A stretch of DNA of 64,000 bases from an uncultured Nitrososphaerota archaeon (GTDB lineage: Archaea > Thermoproteota > Nitrososphaeria > Conexivisphaerales > DTJL01), in NCBI GenBank assembly GCA_963842885.1, contig CAWJIE010000003.1, forward strand, positions 1 to 64,000. The letters are read 5' to 3'. The notes beneath the pieces are model-generated. The model worked only from the letters and a program-made list of their open reading frames with translations. It was not told the origin of the DNA and did not search any database. Shown piece by piece: positions 62,124 through 64,000 of this stretch (position 1 is the first letter of the stretch; every line of letters begins with the position of its first letter). The translations under genes were made by a program, and so were the position numbers.

Positions 62124-62667
62124 GGTTGGGAAGAGCCAGATCGCTCAAGACTCTTGCCGTTGTTGGTTCTGCTTATTCGTCATTATAAGGAATAGGGCAC
62201 TAGCTAGCAGTCGAGTAGGGTCTCACTTTGCTGCCTCCCGGGGGTGGCTTCTCTTGGGTGGCCCACGGGGAGGCCTTTTCGCTATCGGGCACCTCCTCGA
62301 GGCTTCACGATTATGTGGAATGCGGCAGTGCTCGTGGCATCATTTCAGGTACGAACTCGACTTCTCTGAGGAGGGACTCATCGAGGTGTTCGATGGAGTG
62401 GGCGATCCTCAGGTGCACCAGCGCCGCTTCTTTGTCCCTGAAGTAGATGCCGTCCAGTATGCAGCGATAGAGTCGGAGCGGCATCTCCTGAGACAATTCC
62501 CTCGGGGGAGGAGTGACGAGACATCTATTTGACTGGGAAATGCACTTCTCGATGACTCGCGCGTCTATTCTTTTCGCGGATGCGCCTCGCTGGTACCGCC
62601 CTTGACCCATCTGGCCCCGACGAAGAGGGCCAGAACCGACATGGCCTCTCCGTGCCCGGCCTAGCCT

Positions 62668-64000
62668 TCACGCTGATGCTGGAGGCTTCACCGTACGCGC
62701 CTCCTTCCCTCTAAGGATTGACAGGACAAGGGCGACCAGGAGCACTGATATGGAGCTGGCCAAGGCGACGTGCATCCCGTCCACGAAGGCCGAAGAGAGC
62801 TGGCCCTGAATCCTTCCCAGACCGAGGAAGATTTCGAAGGCCATCTGACGCGGTATCGACAGGGATGCGATCAGCAGGGCGACTGCGAAGCTGCAGACCA
62901 TGCCTATGTTGGAGAACGTTCGGAGCAGGCCGGAAACTACGCCGTACGCACGACTTGGCGCGCTCGACATGACGGCGCTGTTGTTGGCGGGGAAGAACGA
63001 GCTGCTGCCGGCTCCGTTTAGGACGGCGCCGACTATGACGACATAGGTCGAGGTTGTCAAGCCGAGTGTCGAGTAGACCAGGAAGCCGCAGATCTGCAGA
63101 GCGAGCCCGATCGATGCGATGACGCGGGCGCCCATGCTGTCGGACAGCCTGCCGGAGAACGGCGCGATAGCCCCGCCAAGTATGTAGCCCGGTATGAGCA
63201 ACAAGGAAGCGTCCCAAGGGGTCATATCGCGCGGTCCCTGCAGATACATGATCACAAGAAACAGCACGGCGAAACTGGCCAGGGACTGGAGGAAAGCCGC
63301 AAAGATAGATGCGGTCAGAACTCTCTCTTTCAGCAGGGAGAGGTCGAGCAGTGGAGAAGAGTATCGTCTCTCGAATGCGACGAAGGCCGGCAGAAGCAAA
63401 AGGCCTGCCGCAACTTCGGCGACGTACTCGGGAGCGAGACCCGACCCCGTGACATTGGTCATCCCGAAAAGCAGGAAGAAGAGCGAAGTGCCAAGAATGA
63501 CTTGCCCGCCGATGTCGAGCTTGGCCTTGATCTTCGGAGAGCGCTCCTTCAGCATCATGAAACCGACCACGGTTGCAATGATCCCGATGGGGAGGTTGAT
63601 GAAGAAGATGTAACGCCAGCTCAGGAAGGTGACGAAGGCGCCGCCGACAAGGATCCCCAGTATCGCGCCAAGCGACCAGCCCGTCCCGGTGATCCCGTAC
63701 GCCCTCCCTCTTTCCCTCTCCGGAAACGTATCTGCGATTATCGCCCCGCTGTTAGAGGAGATCAAGGCACCGCCCAGCCCCTGCACCGCTCGGAAGCCGA
63801 TGAGCTCGGGCCCGCTGGCCGAGAGGCCGCACAGCAGCGAGCCGAAGGTGAACAAGGCGAAGCCGAAGTTGTACATCCTGACCCTCCCGAACATGTCGCC
63901 CAGCTTCCCCACCTGGGTTCCGAGTATCGTAATCACGAAGAGATATGCCATAATTACCCATATCATGCTGACCAGGTCAGAGCGAAGGTCCTGCATCATG
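62668..64000 (-). CDS. MFS drug:H+ antiporter (DHA2, EmrB/QacA), 5' end outside window
   Basis: GKLGDMFGR, RAVQGLGGA, WRYIFFINLPIG. Confidence 0.95.
   Translation of the reverse strand, partial: MMQDLRSDLVSMIWVIMAYLFVITILGTQVGKLGDMFGRVRMYNFGFALFTFGSLLCGLSASGPELIGFRAVQGLGGALISSNSGAIIADTFPERERGRAYGITGTGWSLGAILGILVGGAFVTFLSWRYIFFINLPIGIIATVVGFMMLKERSPKIKAKLDIGGQVILGTSLFFLLFGMTNVTGSGLAPEYVAEVAAGLLLLPAFVAFERRYSSPLLDLSLLKERVLTASIFAAFLQSLASFAVLFLVIMYLQGPRDMTPWDASLLLIPGYILGGAIAPFSGRLSDSMGARVIASIGLALQICGFLVYSTLGLTTSTYVVIVGAVLNGAGSSSFFPANNSAVMSSAPSRAYGVVSGLLRTFSNIGMVCSFAVALLIASLSIPRQMAFEIFLGLGRIQGQLSSAFVDGMHVALASSISVLLVALVLSILRGKEARTVKPPASA

Noticed and set aside
1-64000. CRISPR array, tRNA or rRNA genes
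   Set aside because: No regularly spaced repeat-spacer series, T-loop/cloverleaf or rRNA signature seen by eye

Overview
Archaeal, GC-rich accessory-gene region. A Nitrososphaerota-like lineage is inferred from CdvB/ESCRT-III, Sec61beta, Lrp, TATA boxes and GGTGA Shine-Dalgarno motifs. It holds about 60 genes: mgsA, a site-2 protease, a Tat-exported PaoABC-like Mo-hydroxylase, a YeeE pair, ABC/MFS/ECF transporters, three VIT1 proteins, a TatA pair, a CbsA/Rieske/cytochrome b cluster, rnhA and metK. Many genes carry single-base frameshifts, probably long-read errors. The most striking non-gene structure is a degenerate dispersed intergenic repeat (about 190 bp, core TTTTCCAGCAGCAACAGATATCC plus CCCATTCGCAGGTCCAAGCC). 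About 18 partial copies separate 1-3-gene modules; all are + oriented up to 31 kb and all are - oriented from 41 to 50 kb. An IS110/IS1111 element sits in the CA core of one copy, and its non-coding end carries a readable bridge-RNA-like structure whose target guides match the repeat core. Also found: a 321-bp TIR/TSD mini-element carrying only an HTH gene, a candidate type III hammerhead ribozyme after secG, and a 20-bp direct repeat bracketing the Mo-hydroxylase cluster plus an integrase remnant. All alignments were made by eye; no database searches were run.
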